This document shows, in pieces, positions 1 to 9,787 of a DNA stretch of 64,000 nucleotides (position 1 is the first letter of the stretch; each line of letters starts with the position of its first letter). Made by a program: the position numbers and the translations under genes. The stretch comes from an uncultured Pseudomonadota bacterium (GTDB lineage Bacteria > Pseudomonadota > Gammaproteobacteria > Burkholderiales > Gallionellaceae): the NCBI GenBank assembly GCA_963718345.1, contig CAVQZH010000012.1:23406-87405 (forward strand), written 5' to 3'. The notes under the pieces are model-generated. The model was not told the origin of the DNA, made no database searches, and saw only the letters and a list, made by a program, of their open reading frames with translations.

Positions 1-30
1 CGAACCAGGCTGCCACATAGCGTATCTGCA

Positions 31-567
31 TCACGCCATCCGGGACGGCAACTTGATCGTATCGCCACCCACCATGAACACGCCCTTGCCCTGATGATGC
101 AGCGTACGCGGGTTCTTCCGCGCGGGATCGATCCACGCCTTGACCACCTCCAGCACGAAGAAGTTGTATTTGTTCACCATGCGAGTATCGACTACCTTGC
201 ATTCGAGATTGGCGTAACACTCGGCAATGAGCGGTGGCGCCACCAGTGTTGCGGGCTGCGGCGTCAGCTTGAACTTCTGAAACTTGTCCACCTTGCTACC
301 CGAACAATTGCCCACTCCTACCACTTGCTTCGCCATTTCTACCGACGGAATGTTAAGCACGCATTCCCGGGTCGCCACCAGCGCATCGAAGCTGTAGTTG
401 CGCCCGCTGATCACACAACCCACAAGCGGCGGCTCGAACTCCATCATCGTTTGCCACGACATGGTCATGATGTTCGGCGTACCTTGCCGAACCGTGGTCA
501 CCAGTACCACCGGGCCCGGTTCGAGCAGACGATATACGCGCGATAGCGGCAAGGTTCTTCTGGTCAT
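31..567 (-). CDS. Flavin reductase-like FMN-binding protein (DIM6/NTAB family)
   Basis: ORF 31..708 with likely ATG at 567 (MTRRTLPLSRVYRLLEPGPVVLVT); motifs NIMTMSW, ECVLNIP, GNCSGxxVDKF, APPLIAECYANLEC. Confidence 0.85.
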   Translation of the reverse strand: MTRRTLPLSRVYRLLEPGPVVLVTTVRQGTPNIMTMSWQTMMEFEPPLVGCVISGRNYSFDALVATRECVLNIPSVEMAKQVVGVGNCSGSKVDKFQKFKLTPQPATLVAPPLIAECYANLECKVVDTRMVNKYNFFVLEVVKAWIDPARKNPRTLHHQGKGVFMVGGDTIKLPSRMA

Positions 568-613
568 TTCTGTCCAACCATTTACCGAAGCAATTTGAAG
601 CGGGATTCTATAT

Positions 614-1057
614 TCAAGCAACCGAACCAGTGCATAGCCTTGCCAGACAGGCACGGGCATGAAAGCTCCAGTAAGCCGAAATAGCGTAGTAAATTGAAAT
701 GAAGGCAATAAAAATCAGGGGCCACCTCCATCCCATATAGGTCACGGAAATGGCGCCGAATATGCAACCCAGAATCACCATCGTGACGTGGCGAACCTCG
801 TTTATTGAATGGATCACGCCATCCCTGTCGATTCGGTAGGCAAGACATATTGTCTTTGTTTTATCGAGCAGCGATGGTCGTCCACACACATCGACCTGAT
901 CGCCTTCCTTGATAAGCGTGAGATTGTTGGCTTGTCCCGGCACATTGACCAACAGGCCATTTAAGCGAAAGTTTATTGCCGTCGTGGTTGAGTTCTCCGC
1001 GTCATACTCGACATCTTGCGCTTCACCCCGAGATATGCGGAACCATTGATTGCTCAT
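614..1057 (-). CDS. Hypothetical membrane protein (soluble beta-rich N-terminus, two C-terminal TM helices)
   Basis: 147-aa ORF with hydrophobic segments VTMVILGCIFGAISV and LIFIAFISIYYAISAYW; no family recognised. Confidence 0.55.
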   Translation of the reverse strand: MSNQWFRISRGEAQDVEYDAENSTTTAINFRLNGLLVNVPGQANNLTLIKEGDQVDVCGRPSLLDKTKTICLAYRIDRDGVIHSINEVRHVTMVILGCIFGAISVTYMGWRWPLIFIAFISIYYAISAYWSFHARACLARLCTGSVA

Positions 1058-1277
1058 AGAAATTCACCCGACTTTTTGGCAGAACATACTTTATGGAAAA
1101 AACCAATGAACGCACGTGATGAGAAGCATATATGGGTTGTGCAAGCAGTTGTTGCCCCGCACAGGCACATGAAATCCGACCCGCCGCTCGCACCCATCGC
1201 GTAAAATCCCGGGTGCACTATAACGCCGCCCCCGGCAAATAACCATATACGTTTAGTCTCCTATACCTATCCTGCCT

Positions 1278-3303
1278 GTGACCACCGAAGTCGAACGTTT
1301 CTTTTCCGAACAAAGCCCGCTTGCCACTGAAGTCGCGTCATTCCGTCCGCGCGCGCAGCAGCGAGACATGGCGATTGCCGTGGCGGAGGCGATACGCGAC
1401 AACGCGATCCTTGTGGCGGAGGCAGGCACGGGCACGGGCAAGACCTTTGCCTATCTGGTACCGGCACTGCTGGCAGGCGGCAAGGTGGTGATTTCCACGG
1501 GCACCAAGAACCTGCAGGACCAGCTGTTCCAGAAAGACCTGCCCATGGTGCGCGATGCCTTGAAAGCCCCGGTGTCGGTGGCATTGCTCAAGGGGCGCTC
1601 GAACTATGTGTGCCACTACCACTTGGCGCTGGCGCAATCGAATGGGCTGTTCAAGACGCGCGAGGATGTGAAGCATCTTGCAAAGATCGTGAACTACGCC
1701 AAGGTGACGCAGAGCGGCGACAAGAGCGGGTTGGCGGACGTGCCGGAGAACGCGCCCATCTGGATGCATGTAACCTCGACCCGCGACAACTGCCTCGGCC
1801 AAGAATGCCCGCAGCACGAGGAATGCTTCGTGCTCAAGGCACGCAAGGAGGCGATGGAAGCCGACGTGGTGGTGGTGAACCATCACCTGTTCTTCGCCGA
1901 CGTGATGCTTCGCGACGAAGGCGTGGCGGAACTGCTGCCCGCCTGCAACACGGTGATCTTCGACGAGGCGCACCAGTTGCCGGAAACGGCGAGCCTGTTC
2001 TTCGGCGAGAGCCTTTCCACTTCGCAGTTGTTCGATTTATCTCAGGATGCACGCATTGAGGCGCTGAGTGGCGCTAAAGACTTTGCCGCACTGCCGGTGG
2101 CTTGCGATGAACTGGATAAGGCCGCGCGCGACGTACGCCTGGCGTTCAAGAAGGAAGGCCGCATGGCGGCGGACGCGACGGAGAGTATCAAGGATTTCGC
2201 ACCCGCATTGAAGACGCTGGGGGAGAAGTTGAAGAACCTGACTGGTTTGCTGGAGAAGCAGGCAGAGCGCAGCGAAGGATTGGAGAATTGCTGGCAGCGG
2301 GCACGGGTGCTAGTGGAGATGTTGAAGGTGTGGCAACAGGAAAAATCACCCCCTCCCCCCCCCTCCCCCGAAGGGAGAGGGAGTCAGGTTGAGGCGAAGA
2401 GCGAAGGTTCCCTCTCCCAACGGGGGAGGGCTAGGGAGGGGGAAAGCGCCGGTGTGGTGCGCTGGCTGGAGGTCTTCCACCACTCGCTGCAACTCAACAC
2501 CACCCCGCTTTCCATCGCCGACATATTCAAGAAGCAGCTCAGCGGCCATCCGCGCGCCTGGATATTCACGTCCGCCACGCTGGCGGTGAAGCAGAATTTC
2601 TCCCACTACCAGAACGAGATGGGCCTGACCGAGGCGCGCACCGCGTGCTGGGATAGCCCTTTCAACTATCAGGAGCAGGCACTGCTGTATGTGCCGCAGA
2701 ACTTGCCGGAGCCGAACAGCGAGGGTTACACCGATGCCGTGGTGCAGGCCGCGTTGCCATTGATCGAGGCCAGCCGAGGGCCGCGCCTTCCTGCTCTTCA
2801 CCAGCTTGCGTGCCATGCAACGTGCTTACGAAATCCTGCAAGCCGAGTTCGACCGCAAGAATCTGAAATACCCGCTGTTAATCCAGGGCGAAGGCTCGCG
2901 CAACGAGTTGCTCACGCGTTTCCGCGAACACGGCAACGCGGTGCTGCTGGGCAGCCAGTCGTTCTGGGAAGGGGTGGATGTGCGCGGCGAAGCATTGTCG
3001 CTGGTCATCATCGACAAGCTGCCGTTCGCGCCGCCGGACGATCCGGTGCTGGCGGCGCGCATTGCGGAGCTGAACCGGCAGGGACGGAACGCGTTCATGG
3101 AATTCCAGTTGCCACGCGCCGTCATCAACCTCAAACAGGGTGCTGGTCGGCTAATCCGCGATGAGAACGATCGCGGCGTGCTGATGATCTGCGACCCGCG
3201 CCTGATTTCCAAGCAATACGGAAAACGCATCTGGCAAAGCCTGCCGCCGTTCAGGCGCACACGCGACGAGGCGGAAGCCGTTGCATTTTTCAAGCAGGAT
3301 TAG
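1278..3303 (+). CDS. yoaA: DinG/YoaA-family ATP-dependent DNA helicase; frameshift near 2778; in-frame palindromic insertion at 2349-2442
   Basis: Walker A EAGTGTGKT, LKGRSNYVC, Fe-S Cys (CLGQECPxxxEC), DEAH, TSATL; C-terminal half in ORF 2806..3303 (FWEGVDV, IDKLPF, QGAGRLIR). Confidence 0.9.
2349..2442. repeat. REP/REPIN-like palindromic doublet inserted in frame in the helicase gene
   Basis: 34-bp inverted arms 2349-2382 and 2409-2442 (29/34 match), 26-nt spacer; each arm is itself an imperfect hairpin (CCCTC[C/T]CCC-N3-GGG[A/G]GAGGG). Confidence 0.8.
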
Positions 3304-4667
3304 TCCGCCAACTCGCAGCGGTTACGCCCGCCTTTTTTCGCGCGGTAGAGCGCATCGTCGGCATCCTTGACGATTCTTTCGTAATCGGGATGCCCGTTAT
3401 AGGCGGCAACGCCGATACTCACCGTCACATCCATGACCTTGCCGTCGCCCACACGCAACGGCTCGGCAGCGAATCTCTCGCGTATGGTTTCGGCCACATT
3501 CAAGGCCTGCTCTTTGCCGATCTCGACCAGCACGACCAGCAATTCTTCGCCGCCATAGCGGAAGATGAAATCGCCCACGCGCACACTGGATGTGACCAGA
3601 TCTGCCGCCTGCTGCAATACCAGGTCGCCACCGTCATGACCGTGAGTATCGTTGATGTTCTTGAAGTGATCGATATCCAGCAGCAGTATGGCAAACGGTA
3701 TTTCGCCGCGTCTGGCCAGTGCCAGTTCGCGCATCAGGATGGTGGGAAGGTAGCGGCGATTGAGCAGCCGCGTCAGGCTGTCGCGTCCGCTTTCCACCTC
3801 GATGAAACGGTCGAACAACCCGGTCAACAGGAACTTCACCTCGCCGATATCGGCCTCGACCTGTCTCATCGCCGAACGTGCATCGCCACCGTTGCGCCGT
3901 TTCTCGATCAAACTCGGCAGCAGCGTGCGCTCCAATTTTTCCACACAGACACGTATGCGCTCCAGCTCCGGCGCTTCGTGGAAAATGATGCTGGCTTTGT
4001 GCTGCAGCCACAAACCGAACTCGGAATGCCTCATCTCAGGAACGCCAGCTCCTTCATCCCCGAGAAGATGCAGCAGGATATGTTGCGCCCATTCCGACAG
4101 GGCGGCGCGCTGGCGTTCGCGTTCGGCCAGCATGTTCTGCCCCAATGCAAACATCCGGTAAGACTCGTCGGTGCGTACGCTCTTGCCCATATTGATGATG
4201 TAGGAATCGGTCATGGCGGACATGCTCAGTTCCATCACCTCCGACACGAAGCGCGTCGCCTGCACCAATTCCGCGCGATCCAGTTCGGTCCCCACCAGAT
4301 ATTCGGTGACAGCCTGTTTCAACAACCGCGTGCCGCGCAACACCAGCGAAATGGGCATCTGGATGCGCGCATGCACCACACCGACATGGCACTGATATTT
4401 ATAGATGTCTTTCGGGTCCTGTTGCGTCAGGGCAAACAGGTCACGCAGCCAACCCTGCATCGAGGCATGCAGGCGTTGACTCACAATATCGTGGCTGATG
4501 AACGGCTTCGCTTCCTTATCCGCCAGCATGTGGTCGTAAAACACGGTCGCCAGATCGGCCGCATTTTGATTGACCGTGACGCTGATCAGTTGTTTTGTTG
4601 CTTCGGGAACCTGCTCATGCAATTGCCGCCAATCAATCGCGAAATCTTCGATCTTGCTGTGTTTCAT
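3300..4667 (-). CDS. dosC: Globin-coupled diguanylate cyclase, DosC/YddV-like
   Basis: N-terminal sensor globin (FYDHML, VGVVHARIQ), middle helical domain (FGLWLQHKA), C-terminal GGDEF domain with RVGD I-site and GGEEL. Confidence 0.85.
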   Translation of the reverse strand: MKHSKIEDFAIDWRQLHEQVPEATKQLISVTVNQNAADLATVFYDHMLADKEAKPFISHDIVSQRLHASMQGWLRDLFALTQQDPKDIYKYQCHVGVVHARIQMPISLVLRGTRLLKQAVTEYLVGTELDRAELVQATRFVSEVMELSMSAMTDSYIINMGKSVRTDESYRMFALGQNMLAERERQRAALSEWAQHILLHLLGDEGAGVPEMRHSEFGLWLQHKASIIFHEAPELERIRVCVEKLERTLLPSLIEKRRNGGDARSAMRQVEADIGEVKFLLTGLFDRFIEVESGRDSLTRLLNRRYLPTILMRELALARRGEIPFAILLLDIDHFKNINDTHGHDGGDLVLQQAADLVTSSVRVGDFIFRYGGEELLVVLVEIGKEQALNVAETIRERFAAEPLRVGDGKVMDVTVSIGVAAYNGHPDYERIVKDADDALYRAKKGGRNRCELAD

Positions 4668-4848
4668 CTTCCTTTACCTCGTCGGCCCGCAGGCGGGACC
4701 TGTTCGCTATTCTGTCAAGTTCGTGGCATTGTAACCCGAACATGCCATCCCCATTGCTTCGCAGTCGGCGTTCCGGGCATGAACGATTGACTGCAACCCT
4801 CGGTTTGATGTCCACTGTCAGCCAACGCACCTGTCTCAACTTGCAACC

Positions 4849-6204
4849 ATGACCGCAACGAGCACTTTCTTCGACGATCTGAGATTTTATATTGACGAAA
4901 ACAATCTTTTCGTACGCGCCGAGCAGTTGCGTGCGCGCCTGAAGCTATTGCCCCTGATGCTGGTTGCGCAAATGTTGATCGAGCCGCTTTTTGTGTGGTT
5001 GATGTGGGATATTTCAGCGCACCGTCAGCTTATCATCTGGCTGGTTGTGGCTTATTTGCTGCACCTGGCCGAACTGACGCTATGGGTCCAACGGCGGGAA
5101 AAGCTCGACACCGTCGAGGAATGCCAGCGCTGGAGCCAGGACTTTTTCAATTTTGCTCTCGTTTTCGGCATGATGTGGGGCGTCGGCACTCTGTTCTTCT
5201 TCCCCAGCGACTTGCTCACCCAAGTACTGCTGGTGTGTGTTCTGATGGGCCTGACCGCGGGTGCTGCCACCATGAATTCGATGCACCCGCCCGCCTTCCA
5301 TGCCTACGTCCTCGGCCTCATGCTGCCGCTCATTTTCCGAGTGATGGTGGATCAGGACGATACGCACATCGCGCTGGGTTCCATGTTGCTGCTGTTTCTG
5401 CTGGTGATGCTGAGTTCGGGTCATTTCCTGAGCAAGTTCATCATGCTCTCGTTGCTCCAGCGCTTTGAAAACGAATCTCTGGCACATCAGCTTGCCTCGA
5501 TGAACGATGTGCTGGAACATAAAGTGGAAGAACGTACTGCGCAACTGCTGCACAAGACCGAGGAAGTTTCGCAAATACGCGACGTGACGATCATGGCAAT
5601 GGCATCGCTGGCCGAAACACGCGACAACGAAACGGGCAACCATCTCAAGCGCACACAAAAATATATGCGCGCGCTCGCCATGAAGTTGCGCGACCACCCC
5701 CGCTTCAGGGATTTTCTGACCGACGATAACATCGAGTCTTTATACAAGCTTGCCCCCCTGCACGACATCGGCAAAGTCGGCATCCCGGATGCGATCCTGC
5801 TTAAGAAAGGCAAGCTCACGCCGGAAGAATTCGAGATCATGAAGACACACCCCTTGCTTGGCGGCAACGCCATTGCCATGGCAGAGAGCGGATTGCCCAA
5901 GCCCAACCGTTTCTTGCATATTGCCCGCGAGATCGCCACCGGACATCATGAAAAATGGGATGGCAGCGGTTATCCGCTGGGCCTGGAAGGCGATTACATT
6001 CCCATCTCGGCACGACTTATGGCACTGGCAGATGTGTATGATGCACTTATCAGCCGCCGCATTTACAAGAAGCCCTTCACGCACCCGGATGCCGTGGCAC
6101 ACATATTGCTTGGTCGTGGCAAACATTTCGATCCGGATGTGGCGGATGCCTTTCTGGAAATACAGGATGCATTCCGGCAAATTGCGGAACAGTATCAGGA
6201 CTGA
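4849..6204 (+). CDS. Membrane-anchored HD-GYP c-di-GMP phosphodiesterase
   Basis: About 6 N-terminal TM helices, a coiled coil, then ETGNH, LHDIGK, HHEKWDGSGYP, ADVYDAL. Confidence 0.88.
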   Translation: MTATSTFFDDLRFYIDENNLFVRAEQLRARLKLLPLMLVAQMLIEPLFVWLMWDISAHRQLIIWLVVAYLLHLAELTLWVQRREKLDTVEECQRWSQDFFNFALVFGMMWGVGTLFFFPSDLLTQVLLVCVLMGLTAGAATMNSMHPPAFHAYVLGLMLPLIFRVMVDQDDTHIALGSMLLLFLLVMLSSGHFLSKFIMLSLLQRFENESLAHQLASMNDVLEHKVEERTAQLLHKTEEVSQIRDVTIMAMASLAETRDNETGNHLKRTQKYMRALAMKLRDHPRFRDFLTDDNIESLYKLAPLHDIGKVGIPDAILLKKGKLTPEEFEIMKTHPLLGGNAIAMAESGLPKPNRFLHIAREIATGHHEKWDGSGYPLGLEGDYIPISARLMALADVYDALISRRIYKKPFTHPDAVAHILLGRGKHFDPDVADAFLEIQDAFRQIAEQYQD

Positions 6205-6218
6205 CGCATCAAAATATT

Positions 6219-7154
6219 ATGGATCAAAGACTGCTTAACCTGCTCAACGGCGACGAAGAAATCTACCCGCACTTGCTGGAAGAGAAATTCCCGCGCGTGT
6301 TCAACAAGCTTCTCGAGTTGTGGGAGACGCCGCACATCGATGCCTATCTGCAAGACCTGATGGTGGACAAGCGCGCCGGAGATCGCCAGGGATTCCCTCC
6401 CGATGCCGCAATGGAGATCATCCGCCTCAGCAACTTTATCTTCGCGTTGCACAACGCGGGCAAGGAAGTTCAGGCCTGGGAGGACATTCCCGAGTACAAG
6501 CGCAATGAGTTGGAAGGATTCGGTTATGAATTCACCACACTTGGGCTGATGAAATCGATCGACGACAACAATCAGGAAGCGGTACAAATTTTCCTCTCCT
6601 GCGGCGTTGATCTTGAAGCTCGCGACGAGCGGAACTGGACGCCATTGATGGCCGCCGCTTTCAACGGCAACTTGGAATTCGCCCAACTGCTCATCAAGTG
6701 CGGAGCACGAGTCGCGACCCGGGACAAGAATGGTTACACACCACTGCATTGGGCGGCTTACAACGGCCATGTCGACGTGATAAAGCTGCTCATCGAAAAA
6801 GGGGCCGAGCCTAATAATCCAAGTCAGTTTGGCTGGACGGCATTGATGCAGGCGGCGACGCGCGGCCATCAGCTCGCCTGTGCCTATCTGATTTTCCGGG
6901 GGGGCGACGTCAATGCGACAAGTTCCGACGGCTGGACGTCATTACACAAGGCATCCAACAACGGGCATATCGAGGTGGTCAAACTTCTTCTGGACAAGGG
7001 TGCCAACCGTTTTGCGAAGTACCAGGACGGAAGTACCCCGATGGACCTCGCCATCAAAGGCAGGCATTTGGATATCGTCGAGCTCTTGAATCAGTATAAT
7101 AAAAAATCGCAGACAGAAGAACCCCCACCGCCGGGTTTGCACCTGGAACCCTGA
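6219..7154 (+). CDS. Ankyrin-repeat protein with an uncharacterised N-terminal domain
   Basis: About 5 ankyrin repeats (WTPLMAAA, GYTPLHWAA, GWTALMQAA, GWTSLHKAS, GSTPMDLA); N-terminal ~75 aa with FPRV...W...YL..L..DxRxxxRxGFP. Confidence 0.85.
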   Translation: MDQRLLNLLNGDEEIYPHLLEEKFPRVFNKLLELWETPHIDAYLQDLMVDKRAGDRQGFPPDAAMEIIRLSNFIFALHNAGKEVQAWEDIPEYKRNELEGFGYEFTTLGLMKSIDDNNQEAVQIFLSCGVDLEARDERNWTPLMAAAFNGNLEFAQLLIKCGARVATRDKNGYTPLHWAAYNGHVDVIKLLIEKGAEPNNPSQFGWTALMQAATRGHQLACAYLIFRGGDVNATSSDGWTSLHKASNNGHIEVVKLLLDKGANRFAKYQDGSTPMDLAIKGRHLDIVELLNQYNKKSQTEEPPPPGLHLEP

Positions 7155-7155
7155 C

Positions 7156-8199
7156 TCAAGCCATTCTGACGCGCGCTTCGCCGGCAACCATATTCCCGAT
7201 CACGCATGCTGCGGCAAGCCTTGCTCGCGAAAGTATTCCCAGCACCTTACCTGCTTCATCCGCGGCGCATGCCACCAGCAGCCCGCCACTAGTTTGCGGA
7301 TCGCACAAAAGTTTGCGGCGCCACTCGGGAAAACCTTGCGGCAGATCCACTTCCGCACCGTAACTGGACCAGTTGCGATCCGCGGCGCCGGTGCTGTAAC
7401 CCTGCTCCGCCAGGCGTAGCGCAACAGATAGAAAGGGGAGCGCGGCAAAATCCAGCTCCGCCCCCAGCTTCGAGCCACGGCACACTTCCAACAGATGCCC
7501 GAGCAAAGCGAAACCGGTTACATCGGTCATCGCATGCACGCCCGGCATTCCGCCCAAAGTCGCTCCGACCCGGTTCAGTTGCGTGGTCGTATCCACCATC
7601 TGCCGATATCCTTCTGCATCAAGTTCGCCTTTTTTCAACGCTGCGCTCAGGACGCCAACGCCAAGCGGCTTGCCGAGAATGAGCACATCGCCTGCCTGCG
7701 CCGTGTCGTTGCGCTTGATGTGATCCGGATGGGCCACTCCCACGCCGACCAAACCGTAGATCGGCTCGGGTGCGTCGATGGAATGTCCGCCTGCTACCGG
7801 AATCCCTGCCGCTTCGCACACCGATGCACCGCCGGCGAGAATGTCGCGTATGGTTGCCAGCGGCAGTTTGCCTATGGGCATACCCACCACGGCCAGCGCC
7901 AAAATGGGCGTAGCACCCATGGCATAAACATCTGACAGCGCGTTGGTGGCAGCAATGCGACCGAAGTCGCGCGCATCGTCGACAATGGGCATGAAGAAAT
8001 CGGTGGTCACGACGATGGCTTGCGAGTCGTTCAGTTTATAGACTGCGGCATCGTCGCTGCTTTCGGTACCCACCATCAGGTTCGGGTAAGATGGCGGGAG
8101 CGGCATTGCAGCCAGCATTTCGGCCAACACCGCAGGTGCGATCTTGCAGCCACAACCGCCGCCGTGCGAATACTGCGTCAATTTGATTACGTCGTTCAT
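7156..8199 (-). CDS. selD: Selenophosphate synthetase (Cys-type)
   Basis: Start MNDVIKLTQYSHGGGCGCKI at 8199; DDAAVY, TTDFF, NALSDVYAMG, GGHS, TDVTGF, DPQTSGGLL. Confidence 0.95.
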   Translation of the reverse strand: MNDVIKLTQYSHGGGCGCKIAPAVLAEMLAAMPLPPSYPNLMVGTESSDDAAVYKLNDSQAIVVTTDFFMPIVDDARDFGRIAATNALSDVYAMGATPILALAVVGMPIGKLPLATIRDILAGGASVCEAAGIPVAGGHSIDAPEPIYGLVGVGVAHPDHIKRNDTAQAGDVLILGKPLGVGVLSAALKKGELDAEGYRQMVDTTTQLNRVGATLGGMPGVHAMTDVTGFALLGHLLEVCRGSKLGAELDFAALPFLSVALRLAEQGYSTGAADRNWSSYGAEVDLPQGFPEWRRKLLCDPQTSGGLLVACAADEAGKVLGILSRARLAAACVIGNMVAGEARVRMA

Positions 8200-8212
8200 A
8201 CAATAAGAATCT

Positions 8213-9253
8213 ATGCAAAATCCAAGGGTCGCTACCGTAGCACAACTGTCCGATTTCGACGAAATCATCGATGTGCGTTCTCCTGCCGAATACGCAGAAG
8301 ACCATATTCCCGGCGCGATCAGCGCCCCCGTGCTGGACGACGAGCAGCGCGCGGAAGTCGGTACGCTGTATACGCAGGTGTCGCCGTTTGCAGCAAAAAA
8401 ACGCGGTGCGGCATTGATTGCGCGCAACGTCGCCCGGCATCTGGAAACCCAATTCAGCGACAAGCCGAAGCAGTGGAAGCCGCTGGTATATTGTTGGCGT
8501 GGCGGTCAGCGCAGCGGTGCAATGGCCCATATCCTGGCCCAGGTCGGTTGGTCGACAGGCAGACTCAGTGGCGGCTACAAGACCTACCGGAGGCAAGTTC
8601 TTGCCGACATCGAGTCACTACCCGGCACCCTGGATTTCCGGGTGGTGTGCGGCCCGACCGGATCCGGCAAAAGCCGCTTGCTGCACGCGTTGCAGGAACA
8701 GGGGATGCAGGTACTCGACCTGGAAGCGCTCGCGCAGCATCGCGGCTCCCTGCTTGGCAATCTCCCGGACGAAGTGCAGCCGGCACAGAAGATGTTCGAC
8801 AGCCGGTTGTGGGATGCACTAAGACACTTTGACGTGCAACGCTCCGTTTTTGTCGAAGCCGAAAGCAAGAAGATCGGGCTCATCAATACGCCGGAATCGC
8901 TGCTCAACAAAATGCGTGTTTCGAATTGTGTGCTGATCGAAGCGCCTGTCTCAGCCCGCGTGCAATTGCTCACGGAGGATTACGCCCACTTTCTGACCGA
9001 CCCCGCGCTGCTCATCCAGCGCCTCACCCCGCTGCTTCCGCTGCATGGCCGTCAGGTGCTTGATCACTGGCAAATGTTGGCGGAACAGGGGAAGTGGACC
9101 GAACTGGTCGAAAAGTTATTGACCCAGCATTATGATCCGTCCTATCGGCGCTCGACCTCCAAGCATTTCGCCAAGCTACCTGACGCAACGATTCTCAAGC
9201 TGGACAGCTTGGACAGCAACACACTCAGCTCAATAGCCCACGCGGGGATATAA
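8213..9253 (+). CDS. mnmH: tRNA 2-selenouridine synthase (SelU/MnmH/YbbB)
   Basis: Rhodanese domain DVRSPAEY...YCWRGGQRS, P-loop GPTGSGKS, DLExLAxHRGS; adjacent to selD. Confidence 0.95.
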   Translation: MQNPRVATVAQLSDFDEIIDVRSPAEYAEDHIPGAISAPVLDDEQRAEVGTLYTQVSPFAAKKRGAALIARNVARHLETQFSDKPKQWKPLVYCWRGGQRSGAMAHILAQVGWSTGRLSGGYKTYRRQVLADIESLPGTLDFRVVCGPTGSGKSRLLHALQEQGMQVLDLEALAQHRGSLLGNLPDEVQPAQKMFDSRLWDALRHFDVQRSVFVEAESKKIGLINTPESLLNKMRVSNCVLIEAPVSARVQLLTEDYAHFLTDPALLIQRLTPLLPLHGRQVLDHWQMLAEQGKWTELVEKLLTQHYDPSYRRSTSKHFAKLPDATILKLDSLDSNTLSSIAHAGI

Positions 9254-9305
9254 CCCTTCCCAATCAATGATCACTCGACAAAACAGCCGGATTATCAGAT
9301 AATAC

Positions 9306-9332
9306 TTAGCATACTAACTATTAGCACTCAAA
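9306..9332. promoter_or_regulatory. Putative MarR/SlyA-type operator
   Basis: TTAGCATACTAA (9306-9317) resembles the SlyA box TTAGCAAGCTAA; degenerate second copy TTAGCACTCAAA at 9321-9332, just upstream of the MarR gene. Confidence 0.6.
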
Positions 9333-9339
9333 CGACTTC

Positions 9340-9771
9340 ATGAAAACGCAGGACGAACAATTCGCCGAATCACTGCATTTAGTGGCGCATGCGTGGCGGA
9401 ACGAGCTGGACAGACGCTTAAGGCCGCAGGGCTTTTCACATTCACGCTGGCTTCTGCTTTTGCATCTCTCGCGCCATGACGGTTGTACCCATTGCGAACT
9501 GGCTCAGCACATGGGTATTGAAGCCGCAACCCTGGTCCGCCAGGTTGACCATATGGAGCAGGAGGGCTTACTCAAGCGTTGCGGCAGTGAAACCGACCGT
9601 CGCGTCAAACACTTGCACCTGTCCGCTTCCGGCAAAAAGGCTGTGGAACGTATCCGCAGCAGTGCCGCCGAGTTGCGCAAGGAGATACTGGCCGGATCAA
9701 GCAGCGAAGATATCGCCAATGCCATCGAGTTGTTGCAGAACATCCGCGACAAACTCGGCAAGCACGCGTAG
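9340..9771 (+). CDS. MarR/SlyA-family transcriptional regulator
   Basis: AHAWRNELDRRL, ELAQHMGIEAATLVRQVDHMEQEGL, DRRVKHLHL. Confidence 0.9.
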   Translation: MKTQDEQFAESLHLVAHAWRNELDRRLRPQGFSHSRWLLLLHLSRHDGCTHCELAQHMGIEAATLVRQVDHMEQEGLLKRCGSETDRRVKHLHLSASGKKAVERIRSSAAELRKEILAGSSSEDIANAIELLQNIRDKLGKHA

Positions 9772-9787
9772 CAAAGGAAACACAAAC

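Noticed and set aside
3390-4790. Long antisense ORFs (e.g. 3390..4790, 12529..13596, 35163..36179, 37068..38210, 49548..50678)
   Set aside because: They are shadow frames of GC-rich genes on the opposite strand with no recognisable motifs.
8140-8170. Selenocysteine in SelD or other redox proteins
   Set aside because: SelD has GGGCGCK with Cys codons, the DsbA, TlpA and barrel motifs are also Cys, and no selA/selB/selC is visible.
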